Below are positions 1-8,078 of a stretch of 22,261 bases of DNA, in pieces (positions within the stretch are counted from its first letter, which is position 1; each line of letters opens with the position of its first letter). Source of the stretch: Bdellovibrio sp. (GTDB lineage: Bacteria > Bdellovibrionota > Bdellovibrionia > Bdellovibrionales > Bdellovibrionaceae). The position numbers were made by a program, and so were the translations under genes. The stretch spans positions 1-22,261 of the forward strand of contig JBKCUU010000125.1 of assembly GCA_046318155.1 (NCBI GenBank), in the 5' to 3' direction. A model generated the notes under the pieces. It did not search any database, was not told where the DNA came from, and saw only the letters and a list, made by a program, of their open reading frames with translations.

Positions 1-1
1 G

Positions 2-220
2 ATGAAGACGCCGCAAGGGACGGTGATCACCGACATCACCGCGAGCGGCATTAACAAAACCAGCACCATCGAAAAAGAAGACAACCGTCACCGCTTGGGC
101 GCCAAGTACAATCCCGAAAATTTTGGCTTGGCCGAAGTGAATTGGAAAAAGAAACAAGTGACCCTCAAGCTCGTCAATATCGAAGGCAAAACAGTTTCTG
201 AAGCCGTTCATCAATTTTAG
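2..220 (+). CDS. C-terminal fragment of an alkaline phosphatase D (PhoD)-family metallophosphatase; gene runs in from the left edge
   Basis: ITDITASGIN...NRHRLG...NFGLAEVNW...VTLKLVNIEGK resembles the PhoD C-terminal pattern (D-I-T-S-S-G ... N-F-G-x-x-x-x-x-W). Ends TAG 218-220. Catalytic region is outside the window. Confidence 0.6.
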   Translation: MKTPQGTVITDITASGINKTSTIEKEDNRHRLGAKYNPENFGLAEVNWKKKQVTLKLVNIEGKTVSEAVHQF

Positions 221-231
221 GAACGGAGGGC

Positions 232-438
232 CTACCAAGCTTTGGTGGGATTGGGCGGCTCGGCGTTTTGCGGAACGCACGAGCAGCTTCGGCAGCCGTC
301 ACTGTTGATGCTGCATTCACGCCTTGTGCTCGATAAAATGCAAACCGGTTCATAGTTCATACAGCCCTTCACCTCATCTTTTTTGTAAGTTGAGCAGGAG
401 GTCGGCGCGATTAAAAATAACAAGAGAAACCATTTCAT
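232..438 (-). CDS. Small Cys-rich putative lipoprotein (68 aa)
   Basis: Start moved to the ATG at 438 (MKWFLLLFLIAPTSC: basic N-terminus, hydrophobic core, lipobox-like Cys). AGGTTGGA lies just upstream. Six further Cys in the mature part. Confidence 0.6.
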   Translation of the reverse strand: MKWFLLLFLIAPTSCSTYKKDEVKGCMNYEPVCILSSTRRECSINSDGCRSCSCVPQNAEPPNPTKAW

Positions 439-567
439 AAGTCCAACCTGAAGACTTTTAAGATTTTCGTCAACAACCAGAAAAATTTGCTGTTTCACAC
501 AGCCTCCTGAAACATCAGCTTCGAGACTGTTTTACCCAATTTATGCACTGGTCGTCCGCTGGGTCCT

Positions 568-647
568 CGAAAAATCATTTTCGGGCTTGTGTCGATAGAC
601 GTTAGTGATTCATGAAATCATTTTGGATTTGATTTCAGACTCTGAAA
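568..647. promoter_or_regulatory. Cluster of inverted repeats, candidate operator sites between the divergent lipoprotein and XRE genes
   Basis: CGAAAA-ATCA-TTTTCG (568-583), TGAAATCA-N9-TGATTTCA (613-637), TTTCAGA-C-TCTGAAA (633-647). Confidence 0.4.
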
Positions 648-690
648 GGTTTGAGATGGATGAATGAAGATGAATTGACGGGGGTGTTAA

Positions 691-975
691 ATGTCCATAG
701 AAAAAATAGCCGCCATGATCAAAGAAGCTCGCCTTGCAAAAGGGATGACCCAAGCCCAAGTTGCAAAGCTTGTTGGCTTTCAGAGCGCACAATTCGTTTA
801 TATGATCGAAAACAATATTTCGAAGGTCCCCTTAGACGTGCTCGGAAAGCTCATTCACCTGCTGGGATTGGATGAAAGCCTCATCATGAATATTTTGATT
901 TCAGATTTCGCAAAATCGACGGCCCAAGAAGTGAGCCGAGGAAAATCTCAGGTTAAAAAAAGAAAATCGAGTTAA
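691..975 (+). CDS. XRE/Cro-CI family helix-turn-helix transcriptional regulator (94 aa)
   Basis: IKEARLAKGMTQAQVAKLVGFQSAQFVYMIENNISKVP is an HTH_3 pattern. G-rich RBS (GGGGGTG) precedes the ATG. Confidence 0.9.
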   Translation: MSIEKIAAMIKEARLAKGMTQAQVAKLVGFQSAQFVYMIENNISKVPLDVLGKLIHLLGLDESLIMNILISDFAKSTAQEVSRGKSQVKKRKSS

Positions 976-996
976 ACGAGACCGCGTTTTTTGATT

Positions 997-2301
997 TTAC
1001 CAAGCCCACCGAGCGCCGATCGAGTAAGCCCCCTCGGTCGCAAGTAAGAGCTCGGTGTCTTTTGTGCCAAAGTTGGATTGAATCTCAGCATAGAGCGTTC
1101 CGGCATCAAAAATTGGAATTTCGAGTGTGCTGAGAAAAAGTCCAGAGCGCATCTCTCCGCCCGCAGAATCCCCTGTTGCCACGAGCACACGGCTGATCCA
1201 CTGCCAATCTGATTGAGGCCCAAGATCCGGAAAGCGCAGTGAAAAGGACCACCAATTCTGTGTCAAAAACTCAAGGCCCGGACGCGAAAAACGCTTGAGG
1301 TTTTGCTCTAAAAACGGCGAGAGCTGAGTGATTGCCGTCTTAAGCCGCGTCCACTCGGCTTCGCTGTAGCCCAAGTCATAGTGGATCCACTCGAGCCGCG
1401 CATCCACGCGCCCTTCCCACCGAAGCCCCAACGTCGAAAAGGTGTCGACTTTGGATCGTCGTCGTTTTTCTGTGAGTTCTTCAAAGCCGCCGTTGTTCAC
1501 AAGCTCAAACTTTTTGGCCTCGAAAGAGTGCCTGGTTTCGCCGTAAATCGAAAAACCAGAAGCATCACTTCGAAGCTGCAGGTACTCCCCGACAAAGGGG
1601 GCGGCGTCGGATTCTTGGCCTGCCAGCAGCCCCGCCAAAATCGACCCCCCCGAATTTTGCCATTCGCCCCGAACCATCCCCATGGGCGAGAACTCCTGGT
1701 CCTGACGAAATGGCGGTTCGTTGTTCGAAACAGGCTCAGCCAAAACACTCACACTCAAATCAGCCGTCGGTGTCCAGACGCCTTTGATCAGCACGCGGCC
1801 TTTTTCTTTGAAGAAGAAACTTTTGCTTTTGCTGTTTAAGTGAAAAAAGGGATTGGAGGGGTTTACATATTCGGCGGGACCCCAGCCATCGACAAAAAGA
1901 CCTGCCGTTACCTGCAAGCTCGGCAGCGCTTGCCATTCGACGTACAAATCCGTGAGGTCGGCCTTTCCCTCAGATTTTACTTTTTCTTCGGAGGCGAAAT
2001 TGGGCGCTAGCGAGTCCAGATTGGCCTTTGTCCAAGTCCCCGTCCACCGAGGACGCGCGACCACTTTAAAAGAGGACCGCGACCACCAAAAATCCGCACG
2101 CAAATCCAAAAAGGACTCGGCCCAAGGCGTTTCGAAAACACGATTTGAGGGATTGAGAGTTGAAGTCGTGGGTGTCAGCGCACTGGCCACCCCAATGGCT
2201 TCGGCACCGATGGACCATTCACTTCTGGCGGCGCCTGGGTGCGCTTCGGCGAGGCTGGCTAAAAGAAAAAAAAGGCCTAGGGCTAAACGTGTCCGAGGCA
2301 T
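997..2301 (-). CDS. Predicted outer-membrane beta-barrel protein (about 434 aa), last gene of the ABC/LolA-like operon
   Basis: Signal peptide MPRTRLALGLFFLLASLAEA from ATG 2301. Alternating amphipathic strands (DLYVEWQ, GMVRGEWQ, TLGLRWEG). C-terminal aromatic BAM-type signal YSIGARWAW. Overlaps the upstream permease by 19 nt. Confidence 0.75.
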   Translation of the reverse strand: MPRTRLALGLFFLLASLAEAHPGAARSEWSIGAEAIGVASALTPTTSTLNPSNRVFETPWAESFLDLRADFWWSRSSFKVVARPRWTGTWTKANLDSLAPNFASEEKVKSEGKADLTDLYVEWQALPSLQVTAGLFVDGWGPAEYVNPSNPFFHLNSKSKSFFFKEKGRVLIKGVWTPTADLSVSVLAEPVSNNEPPFRQDQEFSPMGMVRGEWQNSGGSILAGLLAGQESDAAPFVGEYLQLRSDASGFSIYGETRHSFEAKKFELVNNGGFEELTEKRRRSKVDTFSTLGLRWEGRVDARLEWIHYDLGYSEAEWTRLKTAITQLSPFLEQNLKRFSRPGLEFLTQNWWSFSLRFPDLGPQSDWQWISRVLVATGDSAGGEMRSGLFLSTLEIPIFDAGTLYAEIQSNFGTKDTELLLATEGAYSIGARWAW

Positions 2302-3596
2302 TCCACAATTTTTTTCTGTACCGTTGAGCGGCACGAAATGTAGCTCGTCACAACTGTCACGAGCATTAAAAGTCCAAGCGAAACCAAGTAAAGATTGAAA
2401 TCGACCAGGACACGAAAGGGCGCGGGCTCAGACAAGACGCCTGCTTTGTAAGTAATCGTGGCGCTATTAATCAAAGCGGTCGTACCCAGGGCCATCAAGG
2501 CCCCGAACGCGCAACCGATCAAAGCCAGCAGCAAAGCTTCGCGCAAAAAGATGCTCAAAACTTGGCTGCGCTGAAACCCCAAGCTGAGCAAAGTTCCGAT
2601 TTCGCGAGTTCGCTCTTTGACGATTTTGAACATTGTATTCGTGACCGACAAAACCGAGATGAAGGCGACAACGATGGTCACAAAATTACGAAAGATGTTG
2701 AGCAAGCTCATTGTTTTTAAATACATCTCACCGAGGCGATGATCCTGCCAGGCAATGACTTGTAGGTGCGGGGCTTTTTTAGCAAGTTCGGCATTCAGGG
2801 TTTGGGTCCAACTCGGGATTGAAACTCCGGGCTTCAGTTTGATCGACCAGTACGAGAGCTTTTGCGTGTTCAAGAGCTGTTGAGCCACTGCAAGCGGCAA
2901 AGTCATGTAACGAGAGTCGATATCCTTGTAACCTGAGTCCATCATACCGACGATGGTAAAATCCATGGCATTGAGGTTGCCGGATTCCGTCGTCACTGAA
3001 AGCTGTACATCGGGCCGGCGGCAAGTAAAGGGACGCTCGGTGGGCTCGTATCCACCCTCGACTTTGAGTGAATACACTTTCTGATCGGGCTCGCAGCCGA
3101 GCTGAAACGCGAGCGTCTGACCCACCAAGATGGGATTTTCGACATCAGCCCTATGAAGTGGCTTTCCATAAAGGGCGTTCCAGCTCCACTGCTCTCGCAT
3201 CCGCTCACCTGGAATGATATCAAAAGCCTGAGCTAAAAAAATCTTTGAAGAAACTCCGGTCGTGACAAGTCCCGAGAAATTGAGAAACCGAACGTGCTCC
3301 TGAATCTCACCTGCGTGAGCAGCCAAAAGCTCCTGCACGATGGCTTGGTCGTTTTGATCAAGCTCAAACTTCCAAGGCTCGCTCTGGGCCTCGACGCTCG
3401 TTGCTTGGCGATTTTCAAGAATGATATCGCCGTACATGCTGCGGTTACGATAGCCATCCCAATACAGTCGCTCGACGTCCAACATGTAACCTTGAAAAAT
3501 GACCAGACAAAAGAACGCCGCCGAAATCGAAAGCAAGGCGGCCAAACTTTGGCGCCAGTGAACCAAAACATTTCGAAGCGCGATCTTATTCAGCAT
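2283..3596 (-). CDS. ABC transporter permease, FtsX/MacB/LolC-E family (437 aa)
   Basis: N-terminal IALRNVLVHWRQS plus TM1, large periplasmic domain, VKERTREIGTLLSLGF coupling motif, three C-terminal TM helices. Confidence 0.92.
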   Translation of the reverse strand: MLNKIALRNVLVHWRQSLAALLSISAAFFCLVIFQGYMLDVERLYWDGYRNRSMYGDIILENRQATSVEAQSEPWKFELDQNDQAIVQELLAAHAGEIQEHVRFLNFSGLVTTGVSSKIFLAQAFDIIPGERMREQWSWNALYGKPLHRADVENPILVGQTLAFQLGCEPDQKVYSLKVEGGYEPTERPFTCRRPDVQLSVTTESGNLNAMDFTIVGMMDSGYKDIDSRYMTLPLAVAQQLLNTQKLSYWSIKLKPGVSIPSWTQTLNAELAKKAPHLQVIAWQDHRLGEMYLKTMSLLNIFRNFVTIVVAFISVLSVTNTMFKIVKERTREIGTLLSLGFQRSQVLSIFLREALLLALIGCAFGALMALGTTALINSATITYKAGVLSEPAPFRVLVDFNLYLVSLGLLMLVTVVTSYISCRSTVQKKIVECLGHV

Positions 3597-4354
3597 CAGC
3601 GGCTCATCCGGTTGACGTTAAATAAACTGTCTTTGTGGTCCTCAATGCGTGGCGATTCGTAATTGATCGTGCTCTTGTTTTCAGGATACTTGGCATCCAC
3701 AATCGTCAACTGACTCACGAACGGAAATTCTTTGCCGCCAATGCGAATACGATTCTTGTATTCCATTTTTGCCAATTTAAAGGGCTTCCCCTGCAAAGTC
3801 AGAAACTCGGCTTTCTTTGCAAGCTTTTCTTTCTCACTAATCCAATACCTAATTTGGTCGTAGGTCAAATTGCTCGCCTTTGCTTTCAGAAGCAAAACGT
3901 ACATCGACTCGCCGTCGACGATTTCGGTTTTTTCAAGAGTCGGGGTGTAGTCACGTGCGTAATTCGTGCTCGCGATATCACCGTTGGCCGCCTGCCCGCT
4001 GAGCTTTTGGCGCGACGAGATGGCGACGGGCTTTTTGAGCGAGGGTTTAAAAAACCACATGTTACGGTCATTAAAGAGATAAACCTCACCCTTGTTACGA
4101 GCCGGGGCCAAGGCTTCGACGTAAGCATTCTGACCCTTGGCTTTGACCCGAAAACTACGGGTATTGGTGTCGCCCTCTTCGGTCGTTTCGAGCTTAATGT
4201 TCCACGAAACGCCTTCGGTCACGCCGCCGCGGCCACGGTCCGACTCCTGCAAAAGAGTTTGAGCGGACGGACTTTCGGTTGCGGCCACGGTCCCACTCGC
4301 GGGTCCCATCACAGCAAGACCACTCAAAATCAAAAGAGTTCTCAAACCTATCAT
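3596..4354 (-). CDS. LolA-like outer-membrane lipoprotein-sorting protein (252 aa)
   Basis: Signal peptide. Motifs LAPARNKGEVYL, MWFFKPSLKKPVAISSRQKLSGQAANGDIA, TYDQIRYWI, KAEFLTLQGK are typical of this family. Stop overlaps the next ATG (TGATG). Confidence 0.88.
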   Translation of the reverse strand: MIGLRTLLILSGLAVMGPASGTVAATESPSAQTLLQESDRGRGGVTEGVSWNIKLETTEEGDTNTRSFRVKAKGQNAYVEALAPARNKGEVYLFNDRNMWFFKPSLKKPVAISSRQKLSGQAANGDIASTNYARDYTPTLEKTEIVDGESMYVLLLKAKASNLTYDQIRYWISEKEKLAKKAEFLTLQGKPFKLAKMEYKNRIRIGGKEFPFVSQLTIVDAKYPENKSTINYESPRIEDHKDSLFNVNRMSR

Positions 4355-4369
4355 ACAGCCCCCAAAAAA

Positions 4370-5674
4370 TTAAACACCGGCATCACTGAGCAACTCAATT
4401 GCCGAAGCTTTGAGTTTGCGCCCCGAAACAGAATAAGCCGTCAATGCTGCAATTCCAAAAAGAACCACCGCCAAGCCCACATACAAAGACAGCTCGGGCG
4501 CGAGTGCAAATTGCAAATCGCCTTCAACCCCAGGAGGAGAAAAGCGGATATTGGCCGAGTTGACCAGGCTGGCGACAATTTGCGAAACAACAAAGGCAGC
4601 AGACAGACTAAAAAGCGAGAGCCAAACCGTCTCGCGCACAAACAAGGCGACAATCTGCTCGGTCGAAAAGCCCAGGGCTTTGAGGGTCCCCAACTCTTTT
4701 GCTCGCTCAAGAATCCCGAGCGTTAACGAATTGACGATCGAGAGCGCGACCATACCGCAAATCAAAATGACAAAGAAACCCGCCATGACGTACAAAAAAT
4801 TGAGCGATCCCGTGTAAAAATCGCCGATCCCTTCTTGCGTGAAATGGTAGACCCGAAGCGGAAGTCCCTGACGGTCAAACTCACCTTGCAGTTTTTGCCG
4901 CAGGCCTTGAGCGCGGCCCGAATCTTTTAAAAACAAAGCCTTGTACTGATACCCCTCGGTTGCCATCAACTCTTGCAGCAGGCTTAAAGGCATTCGCACC
5001 GAACTGTCTTCGGCCATGGCCATGCCGGTCGAATGCAAAAGGCCAAGCTCGGCATTGACGGCGTTCAAATCATTGTGAAGCGAGCGCGTGACCAGCTGAA
5101 CGTTTTTGTTCTCTTCACTCAAGTCTTTAAGCTGAGGATCATGGCCCAAAATCTGCGCGATCCGCGGCGTGATCGAGATCAGCTCGCGCCGGGCCAAGAC
5201 TTCAGGGGACAAGTTCATATCCCCTTCGCGCACCCAGCTTTTTGCCCACTTTAAAACAGTGGGATGCCGAATGGCCTTAAAATAAATCGAGCGGTCAAAG
5301 GATTGAGCCAAAAACGGTTGGGCCGTCTTATCAAGAACCAGAAGTCCCGAGCCCGTCAGAAACCGGCTTTCGAATTCGATTTCATTTTGAAAAGGCGCGA
5401 GCGCGGCTTGCATCCCTTCTTCTAAATCTTGTTCGATCAAATATTTTTTCGGTGCAATTGAAAAACGCTCAAGAGAGTCGGTCTTGTGAATTTGCAAGTG
5501 CCCATTCATGTTGATGAAAACCACGCTCACTTCTAACGCTTTTTGCACCCGAAAGATGTAGGCACCTAAAAGCGACAACCCGATGAAGCCCGCAGCAATG
5601 GCAATCCCCGTTGTTAGACTTCGACGTCGATTGCGAAGCAAATTTCGAAGCGAGAGCTTCCAGATCAGATTCAT
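4370..5674 (-). CDS. ABC transporter permease, FtsX/MacB/LolC-E family (434 aa)
   Basis: LSLRNLLRNRRRSL plus TM1, periplasmic domain, ILERAKELGTLKALGF motif. ATGA overlap with the ATPase stop. Confidence 0.92.
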   Translation of the reverse strand: MNLIWKLSLRNLLRNRRRSLTTGIAIAAGFIGLSLLGAYIFRVQKALEVSVVFINMNGHLQIHKTDSLERFSIAPKKYLIEQDLEEGMQAALAPFQNEIEFESRFLTGSGLLVLDKTAQPFLAQSFDRSIYFKAIRHPTVLKWAKSWVREGDMNLSPEVLARRELISITPRIAQILGHDPQLKDLSEENKNVQLVTRSLHNDLNAVNAELGLLHSTGMAMAEDSSVRMPLSLLQELMATEGYQYKALFLKDSGRAQGLRQKLQGEFDRQGLPLRVYHFTQEGIGDFYTGSLNFLYVMAGFFVILICGMVALSIVNSLTLGILERAKELGTLKALGFSTEQIVALFVRETVWLSLFSLSAAFVVSQIVASLVNSANIRFSPPGVEGDLQFALAPELSLYVGLAVVLFGIAALTAYSVSGRKLKASAIELLSDAGV

Positions 5675-6360
5675 GACACCGACTCGATCAAGCCGTCACG
5701 AATACGCAAGATGCGAGCAACTCGGCTAATGAGCTTGTCATCATGCGAGCAAAAGAAAAACGTGATGTGCCGTTTTTGATTGAGCTCAAAAAGCAGATCG
5801 ATCATCTTACGCGTGGTTTCAGAATCCAAATTAGCCGTGGGCTCGTCAGCCAAGATCAGAGAGGGACGCTTGACCAGCGCTCGGGCGATGGCCACACGTT
5901 GACGCTGGCCTCCCGACAATTGATCGGGACGATGATGACTAAACGTTTCTAGGCCCACGTCTTTAAGGGCCCGAAGCACCAATTCTTTTCGCTCAGACTC
6001 AGGGATCTCGGGCCGAATCGTCAGCGGCAATTCGACGTTTTCGAAAACATCCAACACGGGGATCAAATGAAAGGATTGAAAGATAAATCCGATCTTGTGA
6101 TTGCGTAACGTCCCCAGCTCCCGCTCACTTAAGTTCGAAACATTCTGGCCATCCAAGATGATCTCGCCTTGATCTGCGCGGTCGAGGCAGCCAATCAGAT
6201 TCAGCAGAGTTGTCTTGCCCGATCCGCTGGCGCCAATCAAGGCCGTGAACTCACCCTTACGAAGCTCAAGGTCCAAGCCACGCAAGGCCGGGACTTGCGT
6301 TTCACCCAACTGGTAAGACTTATGAACATTTTTAAGCTGAATAAAGTGGTCATTTTTCAT
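5671..6360 (-). CDS. ABC transporter ATP-binding protein, LolD/MacB family (229 aa)
   Basis: Walker A GASGSGKTT, Q-loop GFIFQSF, signature LSGGQRQR, Walker B ILADEPT. Start set at MKNDHFIQL (ATG 6360) because the longer ORF extension crosses a terminator. Confidence 0.95.
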   Translation of the reverse strand: MKNDHFIQLKNVHKSYQLGETQVPALRGLDLELRKGEFTALIGASGSGKTTLLNLIGCLDRADQGEIILDGQNVSNLSERELGTLRNHKIGFIFQSFHLIPVLDVFENVELPLTIRPEIPESERKELVLRALKDVGLETFSHHRPDQLSGGQRQRVAIARALVKRPSLILADEPTANLDSETTRKMIDLLFELNQKRHITFFFCSHDDKLISRVARILRIRDGLIESVS

Positions 6361-6426
6361 AGGTCGATGTTGAGCCGCTTCGACTGAAAAGGCACCCTCT
6401 AACTCAGCACGTCGGCACAAAGTGGC

Positions 6427-6459
6427 AAAAGGCCCCCTCGTCTTGAGGGGGCCTTTTTT
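6427..6459. terminator. Intrinsic terminator, bidirectional shape, downstream of the SPM-like lipoprotein gene
   Basis: AAAA-GGCCCCCTC-GTCTT-GAGGGGGCC-TTTTTT: perfect 9-bp GC-rich stem flanked by A and T runs. On the minus strand it is followed by TTTT. Confidence 0.8.
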
Positions 6460-6526
6460 AGGTTTCATTCCTCGATCATCTTGCACCGGTGAAAGTGCAG
6501 TTTAGCATTTTTTTGGAGTTCTTCGC

Positions 6527-7786
6527 TTATCGATCAAGAGTGCGGAACCACAAGTCGAAGATCAGGCGGGCACGGCCGTCGCCGAACTTAACGATTGATT
6601 TCAGCTCTGTGCGGTTACCATAGCGGTCCTCCTCGCGAAAGTGAGGGTCGTAACTCAAGCTGATCTCCGTTAGGTTGGCATCGCGTAGACTCATCAACTC
6701 GCCGGACTGAACTTGACCGTCCATATTGCGATCGGACCAAAGACTGAGACGAGAGTACACGTCATCACTGAAATCAATTTTACCATCGGCAGCGCGGAGC
6801 GTGCGGCGACCCCAGGCATCTTTGCCGTCGTATTTGGCCAAGGCCGCAAAACCGTTAGCGGCGAAGGTCCCATCGGGCCCAAGTGTGTTGTCCCCGAACA
6901 TTTGATCAACGCCCAGAACTTTACCGTTCGCATCTGCAAGAACCAAGAACTTATAACGATTGAAGTTCTGGATCCAAGAGATCCGCTTGGGCGTGTTGGC
7001 AACAGGTGCCGAGTTCCAGCCCAAGATATTGAACATGATTCCATCCGTCGGCGATGACAACTGAACACCTTGAGCGTTATCGGTGGCGGCGTGAGTATCG
7101 ATCACCAACGGAGATGCGATGACTTCACATTTTCCAGTGGCGCCCAAAACATCTTTGCTATGGTCAGTTTGGTAAAGAACCCAAATTTCAGGAATGACGG
7201 GCGTGCTGGCGCCGCCATCTGCCGAGAAGAAAAAGCGGTCATCCGTTTTGGTCACAAACAAGAGATTGTCCTGAACGTAGCCATTACCAGCAACCAACAT
7301 ATGACCCATATCAACACGTCCCGCCAGGCCAGGAGCCACGATTTTCACTTTGTACTGAGCATTTGGGAGATTTAGGCACGACGTCACGCTCAGCCTGCGA
7401 TCATTGATCAAACCCTCGTAGATATTTTGGCTGTGGCGACAAACGACTGCGCCGCTCGTTTTGTTGATGATCTGTACTTCAACGTTCGTTGTTTGGGTTA
7501 AGCTCGAGCGCTGATTGGGATCAAAGTGACTGGAGCATGCGTACTTAACAGGCGCATCGATCGTATAAGCTTGCGGACCGCCGGGGATGATGACAACCTC
7601 GGGTTTAACACGAGTAGATCCAGTTGTATCAAAGATCACCGAGTCATTGATCGTTTGTGACCTCAGCTCAAGGTCTGCTGAACCTAATCCCAGCCCAGCC
7701 GGGGTTGAGTTACAAGCGTTCATGGCAACTGTCACGGCGAGCCCCGTCGCTATGACCATGAATTGAACGGCTTGAACACGATTCAT
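6527..7786 (-). CDS. Putative lipoprotein (419 aa) with a C-terminal Ca-binding domain resembling the FrpC self-processing module
   Basis: ATG 7786 after a GGGGG RBS. Signal peptide ends AMNA-C. C-terminus has SPLVID, FGDNTLGPDGTFAANGFAALAKYD, DGKIDFSDDVYSRLSLWSDRNMDGQVQSGELMSL, YGN, DLWF. Confidence 0.75.
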   Translation of the reverse strand: MNRVQAVQFMVIATGLAVTVAMNACNSTPAGLGLGSADLELRSQTINDSVIFDTTGSTRVKPEVVIIPGGPQAYTIDAPVKYACSSHFDPNQRSSLTQTTNVEVQIINKTSGAVVCRHSQNIYEGLINDRRLSVTSCLNLPNAQYKVKIVAPGLAGRVDMGHMLVAGNGYVQDNLLFVTKTDDRFFFSADGGASTPVIPEIWVLYQTDHSKDVLGATGKCEVIASPLVIDTHAATDNAQGVQLSSPTDGIMFNILGWNSAPVANTPKRISWIQNFNRYKFLVLADANGKVLGVDQMFGDNTLGPDGTFAANGFAALAKYDGKDAWGRRTLRAADGKIDFSDDVYSRLSLWSDRNMDGQVQSGELMSLRDANLTEISLSYDPHFREEDRYGNRTELKSIVKFGDGRARLIFDLWFRTLDR

Positions 7787-7820
7787 ACGACCCCCAAATT
7801 TCACCCTTGCTGACTAAGAG

Positions 7821-7836
7821 AGCAAGCCGCGCGCCT
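7821..7836 (-). promoter_or_regulatory. Candidate sigma-54 (-24/-12) promoter for the SPM-like lipoprotein
   Basis: Minus strand AGGCGCG-CGGC-TTGCT, i.e. GG-N10-GC, close to the consensus TGGCACG-N4-TTGCW. It lies about 35 nt upstream of the ATG. Confidence 0.65.
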
Positions 7837-7975
7837 ATCTCATTATGATCGGTCTAGGTCGAGAAAACCTTGAAGCTTTAGGCACTTGACGACCCGGCTA
7901 ACATTTGTGCGGCGGTGCTTCAGCTGACCATCTGACAGTCATTCGTCAAAAGCTTGGCCGGGAACACCGGGGTTC

Positions 7976-8055
7976 TTTTCGAGATGAGATCAGAAAATCT
8001 CGAAATCAATCTCATCTTGACACCATTCTGATCAAATCTTGTCTCGAGTTGAGAC
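7976..8055. repeat. Three helically phased degenerate GTCTC-N5-GAGAC palindromes
   Basis: TTTTC-GAGAT-GAGAT (7976), ATCTC-ATCTT-GACAC (8009), perfect GTCTC-GAGTT-GAGAC (8041). Spacing 33 and 32 bp. Confidence 0.5.
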
Positions 8056-8078
8056 TCAAAAAGGATCAACATTTGGTT

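Noticed and set aside
1381..2398. 152-aa and 181-aa plus-strand ORFs
   Set aside because: Antisense to the beta-barrel gene, with implausible composition and no motifs.
3635..4726. 363-aa plus-strand ORF
   Set aside because: Antisense shadow of the LolA-like and permease genes, with no recognisable motifs.
6401..6430. GGCAC-containing sequence as a sigma-54 promoter for the ABC operon
   Set aside because: It is on the wrong strand and spaced GG-N9-GC rather than N10.
6361..6486. N-terminal extension of the ABC ATPase in the ORF track
   Set aside because: It runs through the terminator hairpin, and family similarity begins at MKNDHFIQL.
7976..8055. Repeats with about 32-bp period considered as a CRISPR array
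   Set aside because: Units are only 15 bp and degenerate, spacers are about 17-18 bp, and no cas genes are present.
7905..8078. 58-aa N-terminal extension of arginase
   Set aside because: TTG start inside the palindrome-rich intergenic region; the arginase fold begins at MKMQLIG.
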